Part shown: in pieces, positions 39,257 to 50,473 of the stretch
Position numbering within the stretch: the first letter of the stretch is position 1
How the letters are laid out: every line of letters starts with the position of its first letter
From: Pristiophorus japonicus
Taxonomy: Eukaryota
Assembly: GCF_044704955.1 (NCBI RefSeq)
Contig: NC_091991.1
Location: forward strand, 70,990,001-71,054,000
Direction of reading: 5' to 3'
DNA: 64,000 bases
Program-made: the position numbers and the translations under genes
Notes under the pieces: model-generated
The model's input: only the letters and a program-made list of their open reading frames with translations
Database searches by the model: none
Told to the model about the DNA's origin: nothing

Positions 39257-40657
39257 TCAAATCAAATTAACAAAGGCTAGCTCCTCCCGTCCCCTTATCA
39301 AACAGACTTGTTTAATATCCAGGGAACGGTGATTGGTCCGTTTCTGCCGTTTGTGGCGCCTGCATACCTGGCAGGCCATCACGCCCCATGTTATTGCTAA
39401 GATTAATTGTATTCCGACCAGTGTGTGTGAAATAATTCGAATCCATGGGTGGATGTTCACATTTATTCCCCAGTCCCAGACCTTTCTCCACCAACTCTGA
39501 CTTTGTAAGTCTACCTCGGTATCTTCTTTGATTTTAGTTTGTAGCTGGTGATAGAGTTTTACAGATTGACCCACTCTGAGCCTCAACTCCCGTAATACTT
39601 CGGTTAGATGTGGGATAGGGACCTGCTCTGGCTCGTCATAATCCTGCAAATGATCATGGAGCTGATCAGTTACTTCAATAACTTCGGACTTCCGGCGCCT
39701 AACCTGGGTGATATGCGCTTGCCCGATCGCGACAGGTCGTAGTGGTGTAAAGCAAAAGTTTGGCTGCGGTATAGGGCACTGCAGGCCATTATACTGGTAT
39801 GAACGCTCAGTAGTAGAGACGCAGTATCTTCCCCTCCCTCCGTAGCCTGCCCTCGCGAAGTGCATGTGTGCGGGCACTATTTCTAGTACACACCCATTGG
39901 TTCGGTTAAACCCGCACTCGTCTAGTTCGCCTCGGCCCACCGGGTGAGGGCATACTGTGATTTCCCCCCTTTGCTTGCAATCTGCTAGGGAAATCCCGGT
40001 AAGTATGTTGTTTCGACGAACGGCAGAGGTGGTGGTTAGGTAGTAGCGTATGGAGACATTTTCCCGTATTACTCCGATATTCTCTAGTTGGTATAAGGGG
40101 AACGGCCCTGAGTCCGGCGTTGCTATGGGGATCAACAGGACTATCCCTATCCCGGTAGTCCTACCCATCTGGCAATCTGGAATTGCGGGGTATACTCGGG
40201 TCAGTCCCTTCAGAGTACAATTATCCAGTGTCCCCCTTTGGTTCGCCAACTGAGCTAAATGTGAACTGTCTATCCAATCGGGTACCTCCCCGCGTTGGAT
40301 CTGGTTGAGGTTGTGGCGGATCTGTCCCACCATCCACAGACCATAAGCATGACAGAGTTGCCCCTGTCTTTGCTTTATTGTATCTTCTTGTTCTCTATCA
40401 ATGAGGTGATTGATGGTTTTAGCGTGAGCTTCCAGGACTGAGATGCCATCCAACTGGATTTCGGCCCCCTCCTTTCCTAGGTTGGCCTGGTCTTCCTGGT
40501 TTTGCTCCACCCTCTCCAATAACCCCTTCATCACCCCTTTAAGCTGTTCTACCCTCTCATTTAGCCCTTGTATGTCTATCGAGTTCACTACGGAGGTTCC
40601 TGTATTGAAAACGGTAGCAACATCATTGCCAAAGAATTTTTTTTTTTTTAAATTGTT
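39257..40657 (-). CDS. Envelope/class I fusion glycoprotein-like open frame, N-terminally truncated (no signal peptide; first ATG at 40531)
   Basis: Fusion-peptide-like NDVATVFNTGTSVVNSIDI, heptad region, Cys-rich domain with N-glycosylation sequons (NCT, NVS, NRT), second heptad, Trp-rich membrane-proximal segment, TM helix, basic tail. Confidence 0.78.
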   Translation of the reverse strand, partial: NNLKKKKFFGNDVATVFNTGTSVVNSIDIQGLNERVEQLKGVMKGLLERVEQNQEDQANLGKEGAEIQLDGISVLEAHAKTINHLIDREQEDTIKQRQGQLCHAYGLWMVGQIRHNLNQIQRGEVPDWIDSSHLAQLANQRGTLDNCTLKGLTRVYPAIPDCQMGRTTGIGIVLLIPIATPDSGPFPLYQLENIGVIRENVSIRYYLTTTSAVRRNNILTGISLADCKQRGEITVCPHPVGRGELDECGFNRTNGCVLEIVPAHMHFARAGYGGRGRYCVSTTERSYQYNGLQCPIPQPNFCFTPLRPVAIGQAHITQVRRRKSEVIEVTDQLHDHLQDYDEPEQVPIPHLTEVLRELRLRVGQSVKLYHQLQTKIKEDTEVDLQSQSWWRKVWDWGINVNIHPWIRIISHTLVGIQLILAITWGVMACQVCRRHKRQKRTNHRSLDIKQVCLIRGREELAFVNLI

Positions 40658-40659
40658 TT

Positions 40660-41830
40660 AAAACAAGACCACACATACAATAGCAATTTTGTTTACTGAA
40701 ATTCAATTCTGTTTTTTTTTTATTTCTCTCTTTCTCCTCGTTATCTTCAAAACCCTCCTGCTTGTTTAGACTGTTCGGGACATTTTGGAAATCTTTTCAA
40801 ACTGCATTGGAACTTTTTCATAATTGAAAATTCGAATCCATGTAGAGTGTTTTTTACTTATTCCAATTTTTTTTTTTCCTCTTCTAATTAAACCAATATC
40901 TTTTTCACAGCAAACATCAACTAGTATTTAGTAAGTTATGTCTTTTTCCATTTAGTCCGTTACATCTTTTTTTTTTTTTTCTTTCTTCAAATTAGGTTTT
41001 GTATTTTACACGGAGGGTTCGTAACTCCATAAAGTTGTTAATTTGTTTACTTTCAAAGTGGCGTCTTTATCTTTTTCTTTTTCTCCATAACTGGAATGGA
41101 GACCAGCTTTGAGAGTTTGAGTGCTGCCTTTCGTTATCTCAAAATGCTCCAGTTTCAAAGCCGTTACTAAAGCTTGCTGTTTTTTAACATTTTCCAAAAG
41201 TTCCTTTTACACCTTCGCAGATAGCTCGCCACTTGCCCAGGAGTTTGACCTGATCAGATTTAATTTAATCTTTTTTTTTTTAAATCCACCTCAGTATTTC
41301 CTGTGCCTTCTCTGAATATCTCAAAATCCCAATTCAAACTTTGTAATTTCAATCTTTATTTGAAACTTTTTTTTTTAGAAGCTCTTTTTTTTTTTAAAGC
41401 ATTCTTTATCTCATTCCGAGACTAAATTTATGTCTTTCAACCCAATCAATCATTGCATGTTTTCTTTCGGCAAGTAAGTGAGCATGTCAAATAAATATTT
41501 TGCTCAACAAACCTATTCTTTATTTGTTTATTCTCCTAGCTCCGTAACTTATCATCCGAATAAATCCACACCTGCGTTTCTAACTTAAATGTCTTAAAAC
41601 TTCCCACATACAGGACAACATTACAAAGGGTTTAAAAAAAAAGACTTTCACTCTGTTTCTAAAATAAACAGACACTTGCATTCCTCTTCCAACCAGGCTT
41701 TCGGAACATGAAAACATAAAACAAAAATTCATTCTGCAGTCAAAAATCACACAGACACTTCTCACTCAACGATCAGACATTTACAACAGTCTCTCTTCTT
41801 GTTTTGGCCGGCTCTATTTTTGGATCCATG
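40660..41830 (-). pseudogene. Heavily degraded gag-like coiled-coil region
   Basis: Short remnants (KPFVMLSCMWEVL; ENVKKQQALVTALK) between the PBS and env; many stops and homopolymer runs. Confidence 0.45.
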
Positions 41831-42559
41831 ACCTTTCAGGGAATTCGTAGTTTTATCTAAATAATTCCTCACATAACTAATTCCTGAGGATTCCACCCTG
41901 CTTTAATCATTTTTTCAATTAGCTTCTTTTGTTTTTCCGCCAGGTGGCGGGTAAGCGACCCTTCTGGTCCCCACTCGAGTTTACTTGTTTTCATGGCCAT
42001 TCCTGGGTAGGACTGGTATCGTTAGGAATCTACTCTCAGCGGTCCGCTTTCTTTCTAGCGCGACTTGTAGTAAACTGTCTCTTGGCTACTGTCAGGTCAC
42101 AAGTTCTGCTGTTACACAAACTTATACAATTCTTAAAAACGCGTTTAAGCAATTCCCGCAGTGCTCTACGTATCCTTAACGACTACCTACCACCGCTCAG
42201 CCCGTTGGTCCGACCCTGTTCACAGGTTTGGATTCCGTTAGCCGCTGTACACCGCTTGGTTCTATCCCGGGGTATTTCAAATTACACTACTGGGTCCGGA
42301 AGATGTCTCTCGGTATCACGATCCCACGGTCTAAGTGTGTTCCCTACGCCTACTTGGTTCCTGGCCGTCACGTGGGACAAAAGTCCTCTTAATTCAGGCT
42401 CAGGCTAGGCGTTTGAGATATTAGACCGTCTCCTCATGTCGATCAACCAGCTTCCACCTTCCGCACCCTTTATACTTAAAAATTGTTTTTTATACTCACC
42501 CGGGTTTTTTTTTTCCAAGGGCGTCCAGCGACTCCGGGAAATCCCGTCGACTACGCCAT

Positions 42560-43225
42560 TGTTAGCGTTAGTGTTTTCTCTGAAGAATCACTCAACACTC
42601 AGGGTCGGTTCCAATGCTGAAGCAGCTTTATTACGCTCAGCGGGAAGGAAAAACTCAGGACCGTATCCAGGTTTCTCTTCACAGAACAAAGAGTTACATG
42701 TACCTTTATATGTTTTACAACAGTTACAAAACAGCTTACTGCAGTTACACAGCTCATCACGGCTGGACACAAGCCAATCATAACGATTATAGATTACATA
42801 TGGGTTTTTTAATCCAATAGAATTCTCCTAGTAACCAGGGAACCATTGTCAATTTGGGTTGATCGATGACTTTATATGTTCTCTCCCTAGTTCTTTCATC
42901 TGGGAGAAATAATTGGTTTGTAGCCTTGTTCACAGCAAATGGTTTCCCTCTTATCTTTCTTCCTGGGGAATTAATTGGTTTATGGCCTTGTTCACAGGAG
43001 ATGGCTTCCTTCTTATCTCTGCCTTCCCAGGCATTCCTACAGTGGGCCTCACAGGGTTATTGCTCGGTCAGTGAACGTTCAACAGTTCACAGTTTGACTA
43101 CCTGATTTCCCATAATGCCTGGGCAGCCATTTTATGTGTGTGTCCATTTAAGCTTATGTGAGTTCTAAATATCCAGCAGGTGCCTAATGCCTAAGTCTAT
43201 ATATATCTTTCGACTCTCTACAACA
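42560..43225 (-). repeat. 5' LTR (666 bp)
   Basis: Followed on the minus strand by PBS TGGCGTAGTCGACGGGATT and a donor CGG|GTGAGT at 42494-42499. Confidence 0.95.
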
Positions 43226-45694
43226 GTGGATGACCTCACATTTTCCAACATTGTATTCCATCTGCCAAACCTTAGCCCATTCGCTTAACCCAACTAAATC
43301 TCTTTGCAGCCTCTCTGTGTCCTCTACACAACCCGCTTTCCCACTAATCTTTGTGTCATCTGCAAATTTTGTTACACTACACTCTGTCCCCACTTCCAGG
43401 TCATCTATGTATATTGTAAACAGTTGTGGTCCCAGCACCGATCCCTGTGGCACACCACTAACCACCGATTTCCAACCCGAAAAGGACCCATTTATCCCGA
43501 CTCTCTGCTTTCTGTTAGCCAGCCAATTATCGATCCATGCTAATACATATCCTCTGACTCCGCGTACCTTTATCTTCTGCAGTAACCTTTTGTGTGGCAC
43601 CTTATCGAAAGCCTTTTGGAAATCTAAATACACCACATCCATCGGTACACCTCTATCCACCATGCTCATTATATCCTCAAAGAATTCCAGTAAATTAGTT
43701 AAACATGATTTCCCCTTCATGAATCCATGTTGCGTCTGCTTGATTGCACTATTCCTATCTAGCTGTCCCGCTATTTCTTCCTTAATGATAGCTTCAAGCA
43801 TTTTCCCCACTACAGATGTTAAACTAACTGGCCTATAGTTACCTGCCTTTTTGTCTGCCCCCTTTTTTAAACAGAGGCGTTACATTAGCTGCTTTCCAAT
43901 CCGCTGATACCTCCCCAGAGTCCAGAGAATTTTGGTAGATTATAACGAATGCATCTGCTATAACTTCCGCCATCTCTTTTAATACCCTGGGATGCATTTC
44001 ATCAGGACCAGGGGACTTGTCTACCTTGAGTCCCATTAGCCTGTCCAGCACTACCTCCCTAATGATAGTGATTGTCTCAAGGTCCTCCCTGCCCACATTC
44101 CCGTGACCAGCAATTTTTGGCATGGTTTTTGTGTCTTCCACTGTGAAGACCGAAGCAAAATAATTGTTTAAGGTCTCAGCCATTTCCACATTTCCCATTA
44201 TTAAATCCCCCTTCTCATCTTCTAAGGGACCAACATTTACTTTAGTCACTCTCTTCCGTTTTATATATCGGTAAAAGCTTTTACTATCTGTTTTTATGTT
44301 TTGCGCAAGTTTACTTTCGTAATCTATCTTTCCTTTCTTTATTGCTTTCTTAGTCATTCTTTGCTGTCGTTTAAAATTTTCCCAATCTTCTAGTTTCCCA
44401 CTAACCTTGGCCACCTTATACGCTTTTAATTTGATACTCCTTTATTTCCTTGGTTATCCACGGCTAGTTATCCCTTCTCTTACCGCCCTTCTTTTTCACT
44501 GGAATATATTTTTGTTGAGCACTATACAAGAGTTCCTTAAAAGTCCTCCACTGTTCCTCAATTGTGCCACCGTTTAGTCTGTGTTCCCAGTCTACTTTAG
44601 CTAACTCTGCCCTCATCCCACTGTAGTCCCCTTTGTTTAAGCATAGTACGCTCGTTTGAGACACTACTTCCTCACCCTCAATCTGTATTACAAATTCAAC
44701 CATACTGTGATCACTCATTCCGAGAGGATCTTTTACTAGAAGATTGTTTATTATTCCTGTCACATTACACAGGACCAGATCTAAGATAGCTTGCTCCATT
44801 GTAGGTTCTGTAACATACTGTTCTAAGAAACAATCCCGTATGCATTCTATGAATTCCTCCTCCAGGCTACCCCATGCGATTTGATTTGACCAATCGATAT
44901 GTAGGTTAAAATCCCCCATGATTACTGCCGTTCCTTTTTCACATGCCTCCATTATTCCTTTGATTATTGTCCGCCCCACCATGAAGTTATTATTTGTGGG
45001 CCTATAAACTACGCCCACCAGTGACTTTTTCCCCTTACTATCTCTAATCTCCACCCACAATGATTCAACATTTTGTTCATTAGAGCCAATATCATCTCTC
45101 ACAACTGCCCTGATATCATCCTTTATTAACAGAGCTACCCCACCTCCTTTCTCTTCTTGTCTATCCTTCCGAATTGTCAGATACCCCTGTATGTTTAATT
45201 CCCAGTCTTGGCCACCTGCAACCACGTTTCTGTAATGGCCACCAAATCATACCCATTTGTAATGATTTGTGCCGTCAACTCATTTATTTTATTTCGAATG
45301 CTGCGTGCGTTTAGGTAGAGTGTTATAATACTAGTTTTTGAACCATGATTTTTAGTTTTGACCCCTCCTGCAGCCCCTTTATATTCATACATATTGTCCC
45401 TTCCTATCACTTTGTGCTACTCTGCTCTGTTGCCTCCTGCCTTTTGCATTCTTTCTTGGGGTCCTGTTCATCTGCGCTCTCACCCACTCTAACTAGCTCA
45501 GAGCCCTCTACTGGGTTCCGAATACTCCTCGCATTGAGGCATCGAGCTTTCAAGCTTGCCTTTTTATTATACTTTGACCCTTTAGAATTTTGCTGTACAG
45601 TGGCCTTTTTTGTTTTTTGCCTTGGGTTTCTCTGCCCTCCACTTTTACTCATCTCCTTTCTGTCTTTTGCTTCTGTCTCCATTTTGTTTCCCTC

Positions 45695-46870
45695 AATGGC
45701 AAGGCTATGTAGTTTGAGGCAGGAGCTAAAGATAATAGCTTTGGTCTTACAGATGTTTAGCTGGAGGAAATTATGGCTCATCAAGACTACGTTTGGACAG
45801 GCAGGCTGAGTACATAGAGGCAGCAGAGGGATTGAGACAGATAGTAAAGAGATAAAACAAGGTATTCTCAGAATACATGTGGAAACTGGCCCCATGTCTG
45901 TGGATAATGACAGCGAGGATAAGGAAGAGGAGGTGACCATGGATAGATCCTTGCGGAACTCCAGAAGTAATGCAGGGGTTGGAAGATGTTCTGGGTACAA
46001 TCGAATAGGTAAGCATGGAATCAGGCAAAGAGATAGTCCCAGTGAGCTGTATACCACAGGAGTGGCATTGGAGGAGGATGATGTGATTGTCTATGTCAAA
46101 GGCTACAGAGAGGATGAGAAGAGATGGTCACAATCACAGAGGATGCCATTTGTGATTTGGTTTGGGCCTTTTCAGTGCTGAGGCAGAAACCTGATTGGAG
46201 AGATTCAATTGGGGAGTAGTGGAGAATATGGGCATGGATTTGGGAGGTGACAACAGATTCAATAACTTTGGAGAAATAAGGAAGATTGGAGATGGGGTGG
46301 TAGTTTGCAAGAACAGAGGGTTTAGGGTGGGTTTTCTGAAGATGGGGTAATGATGGTAGTTTTAACCAGGGGGAGGACAATACCTGAACTGAGGGAACCA
46401 TTTACGATATCAGCTAGCATGGGGGCCAGGAGATAAATTAGGTGGTCAGTGGCTTAATGGGAATAGGGTCAAGAGGACAGGAGGTAACGGTCGGGATAAA
46501 ATAAGTTGAGAGAGAACATGAGGGTAAATGGGAACAAGATTAGAGAGAGATGCAGGTTCAGAGCTAGAGCAGGTGGGAGCCTAGGAGAAGGTTTAGTTTG
46601 GTAGGAGAGGAGGGAAGCTGAAGGGTAGCTGAATGGGTGGTCTTCAGATTAGTGGCAAATAAGTCCATTAGCACCTTGCACTTGTTGGAGAGAGCAGGGA
46701 GGTTTAAACCCCATTGCTTTATTACTTAATGCTCCTCCTTCAAAAGCCTCCTCAAAATATAACCCTTTGATCAACTCATTGGTCACCTTCCCTAATTCTC
46801 TCCCATCACTGCTTGGTGTCCAGTTATTTTTATTTCTATGACATGCTTTGGAACATGTTATATTAAATAT
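45695..46870. mobile_element. Decayed L2-like LINE remnants
   Basis: Minus-strand NYHPISNLPYFSKVIE and TSGVPQGS motifs, distinct from the CR1 families. Confidence 0.65.
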
Positions 46871-47195
46871 AAATGGATATTGTTACTGTAAGAAAGGAAA
46901 TCAGATGGAACCTTTTGAAGCAAATATGTTCTAAATTGAAGCAGACATAAGTTCAAAGGACAATTGGAGGTATTTCTTGAGACAGAAATATGCTGAGTGG
47001 GGTAAGCTTATGATAAAAGGACAGGCTTGTTGTTAAAAGCTCTTATTCTAAAATGCCATTTAGAATGCCAGAGAACCTCTCAACTGACTTACAACGCACT
47101 GCCAGGTATCTGTTATCCTGTACATAAGTTAACCATTATTCTCTTATTTTATCCCTTCCTTGTTAGGTCATAGTGCAGTTTGCCCTATTCCCAAG

Positions 47196-47311
47196 ATGAT
47201 GGATGAAAACACTGACTTGGTCAACGACCATCTGACTCAGTATGCAATCCAGCTCAGTCTTCAAGAGAGTATTGAAGCCAATAATCACTCATCATCTCAG
47301 CATGATGAAAG
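47196..47311 (+). CDS. ASB15: ASB15 first coding exon (MMDENTDLVNDHLTQYAIQLSLQESIEA...); exon begins at acceptor 47167
   Basis: Matches human [27 protein letters not shown]; AG|gtaat donor. Confidence 0.93.
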
Positions 47312-47389
47312 GTAATTTGATGTGGAGCAGAATCTAAATTTGTAACAAAAAGATACATCACTCTAACTCCATTCAGTTCATCATATAAA

Positions 47390-48450
47390 ATAGAAAGCAG
47401 AGAGTAGGGGTAAAGCGTAGTTATTCAGATTGGAAAGCAATGTTCCAGAAGGATCAGCGCTGAAACCACTGTTATTCATAATTTACATTGATGATTTGGA
47501 CTTAGGAATAAGTAACAATATCAAAATTTGCATTTGATACCAAACTGGGGGTATAGCTCACACCAAGGAAGAATGTAACATAATACAAGAAGACATCAGA
47601 AAACTTGCAGACTGGGCAATTCAGTGGCAAATGAATTTTAACATAGATAAATGGGAGGTGATGCACTTTGGTAGAAAAAACAGAAACATCACCTATACCT
47701 TAGAAAATAAGAAACTGAATAGAATAGAAGAGTAAAGGGATACAGATAAACAAATCATTAAAAGCAGCATTGCAGGTCAGCAAAGCAATTAAAAATGCTA
47801 ATAAAGTACTGGGATTTATTTCTCTGGGTATAGAATTCAAAAATAGTGAAGTTGTGTTAAACCTGTACAGGGCCCTGGTCAGGTCACACTGTGTGCACTG
47901 AATAGTACTGTGCACAGTTCTCGTCTCCGTACTATAAAACAGATATAGAAGCACTGGAGAAAGTGCAAAAAAGATTTACAAGGATGGTACTAGAACTGAG
48001 ACACTACAGCTCTCGGGAAAGATTGAATAGGTTAGGGCTTTTCTCTTTAAAAAAGATACGACCAGGAGGAGGCATGATAGAGGGCTTTAAAATTATGAAT
48101 GGGTTGGACAGGCTAGATGTAGAGAGAATGTTTCCACTTGTGAGAGAATCCAAAACTAGGGGCCATAAATTCAGAGAGGTACTAATAAATCCAATAGGGA
48201 AATATGGAGAATTTATTTTACTCAGAGAGTAGTTAGAATGTGGAACTCGCTACCACAGGAAATGGTTGGGGCAAATAGTTTAGATGCTTTCAAAAGGAAA
48301 CCAGATGAGTCCATGAGAGAAAAGGGAATGGAAAGATATGCTGAAAGGCTAAGATGAGGTATATGGAATGGGAAGAGACGTGTGTGGAGTATAAACACCA
48401 GCATAGACTAGTTGGGCCAAATGGCCTGTTCTGTGCTGTATATTCTATGT
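47390..48450 (+). mobile_element. Old decayed CR1 in an ASB15 intron
   Basis: QKRFTRMV..RLNRLGLFSL..TRGHK motif. Confidence 0.75.
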
Positions 48451-48509
48451 AATCATTTTCATTAATCCAGAATAGAGACCTTGCCCATCTCGTGGCATTT
48501 CTTTTATAG

Positions 48510-48562
48510 GTTCTTACCACCCAGTCAAGAAAACAGACAAATAGTGGAATCAATCAGGCAAG
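48510..48562 (+). CDS. ASB15: ASB15 coding exon 2 (RFLPPSQENRQIVESIRQG)
   Basis: tag/gtaaag boundaries, phase-compatible; human RFVPLSAQNRKLVEAIKQG. Confidence 0.93.
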
Positions 48563-48656
48563 GTAAAGTGTCTGACCTACACGCTATATGGTTTGTAGTG
48601 TTATAGCTCTCAATAATACTTACAGAAAAAGCTTTATTTTTTTTCAATTTTTCTAG

Positions 48657-48788
48657 GAGAAGTCTTTGAATTACAACAGTTGATTAAACATAAATTTGCT
48701 TTCGATGAAGCAGATGAGAGAGGATGGTTTCCACTGCACGAAGCTGCTGTCCAGCCCATTCAGCAAGTGCTTGAGATTGTACTGGACT
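48657..48788 (+). CDS. ASB15: ASB15 coding exon 3 (..[28 protein letters not shown])
   Basis: Ankyrin repeat; canonical splice sites. Confidence 0.95.
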
Positions 48789-49684
48789 GTGAGTTAACAT
48801 TAGATACCAGGCCATAATGTGGTAGAACATTACCAATGTCTTTCTGTTTAAAAAATAAATACATTTCTCCCCTCTCCTCCTTTCTTCAAGACATTGAGTG
48901 CAATTCCATGGATAGTGGTCACCCTCCAGTGCCTCATCCACTTGGCCATTATTGATGACAGCAAGTAACAACAGGGTATCACACTGTAGAGGTCATTGCA
49001 GCTGAGCTCAATTCTGTCTGCAGTGGATGTTCACACACCCGCACTTCGAACAAGGGATGCTGGATAGCAGTGTGGAGCAGAATCTGACATCGGTTTTGCC
49101 AAGGGTTGAGATAAAGTTACTCGACACAAATTAGTGATCGAATTTGGGGTGTCCCTGGTCCGTACAGCTTGGGGATAATATTCTATCTCTGAGGGAACAA
49201 TAGAATTTTGATTGAAATGCAATGTTTCCCAAGTGATTGGGATAAAATTATTTTACACCTGTTAATTGGATATTTCAGTAACTGCCACCTCATCGAAAAC
49301 AAAAAATAAAAAAAAGAGGGCAGTTAAAAGTGTCTGGAGTGTCCCCCAGATCAGGGGGGCACTCGATCTAATGTTTATTTTGTCCCCCCCAAAAGAGTTG
49401 TAGAGCTTTTGGAGGCCAAGAAAAAAAAACTGCCACCTCATCGATTTGCTGTGTGCGTAACAAATACCCTAGTGTCTTTTCCACTGGTATAGCAAAGAAG
49501 TTGAAGTCACTGCCAGCCATGGCAGTTGAGCCTGTACTGTGAATTGTCTTTTATGGCACATTAGTTCCCACTTGCTCAAGCCGATATCAGTCTATGTTCA
49601 TTATTATTAGTGCGAATAATGTTGGATAAAAAGGCAGTCCGGTATATAAACATGTCCTTTTATTTTTTATATTGTTAATTGTAG

Positions 49685-49843
49685 CATCCTATAAAACAAT
49701 TTGGCAACAAAAGACTGAAGATGGGGATACCCCACTTACTTTGGCTGCTACAGCTGGGATGTTGGGGAATGTGCAGGCTCTTTTGGAGAAGCGAATCTGT
49801 CCCAATATCGCTAACAACAGGGGGGAAACACCACTACTGATTG
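49685..49843 (+). CDS. ASB15: ASB15 coding exon 4 (SYKTIWQQKTEDGDTPLTLAA..NNRGETPLLI)
   Basis: Ankyrin repeats; tag/gtaagt boundaries. Confidence 0.95.
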
Positions 49844-50473
49844 GTAAGTAGATTTATTTCCTTTGAATATTAGTTTTCTTTTCCTCCTCCCAACCTTTCC
49901 TGACTTCTAGCTGGGGTACGGATCAAATGTTGGGAGAAGGGACACAACCTGATTGTCTTCTCACCTAACATCCGCTCAGGCAGACTTCTAGCAGTGATTT
50001 TCCTTATCGATTTGCCCCTCCCTGATCCTGAGGCCAATAGTAGTACCCCCTAGTACTGATTTAGCTGAGATCTCGTGATCCAGCATAGGCCAAGGATCAA
50101 ACCTGGGATTAAGAAGATATTCTGGCACTTTGTGCAAATTTCTTCACCTGGCACTAAAAGGTAATGGGGCAATTTTCATCTCGCTACCGCCCAAAAACAG
50201 GATGGTTGCGGGATCCAAATCACATGGGGGTCTGACATGCTGGTGCACTGGCAGAGGTCCACTTGTTCTGTTTTTCAGGTGGACCTTGATTTAGCTGGCC
50301 GGAACATCCACTGGAAGTAGGTGGGGCCTTGATAATATATGCAAATTGGGGGTCAAAAAACGCAGCTGTTTTAGTCTTCGGCGAAAGGTCGATGGAAACT
50401 CCGTAGAAACAGCAATAACGGCCATTTACATTGTTTGACCAGGGTATCCACCGATCTGCAGTCAAAATTAGAT

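Larger units (their letters stand above)
38454..43225 (-). mobile_element. Young non-autonomous, pol-less LTR element carrying an F-like env
   Basis: TG..CA LTRs 38454-39119 and 42560-43225; TSD GTGGA (38449-38453, 43226-43230); PBS 42540-42558; PPT about 39120-39131. Confidence 0.93.
33526..45520 (-). mobile_element. CR1 family B host element split into 33526-34030, 38165-38453 and 43226-45520 by two nested insertions
   Basis: ORF2 pieces (33278-34096, 38155-38415, 43184-45410) are collinear EN-RT-C-terminus once the inserts are removed. Confidence 0.88.

Noticed and set aside
39257-40657. Domesticated syncytin-like host gene
   Set aside because: Still inside a very young element with intact LTRs and lacks a signal peptide; nothing here supports host co-option.
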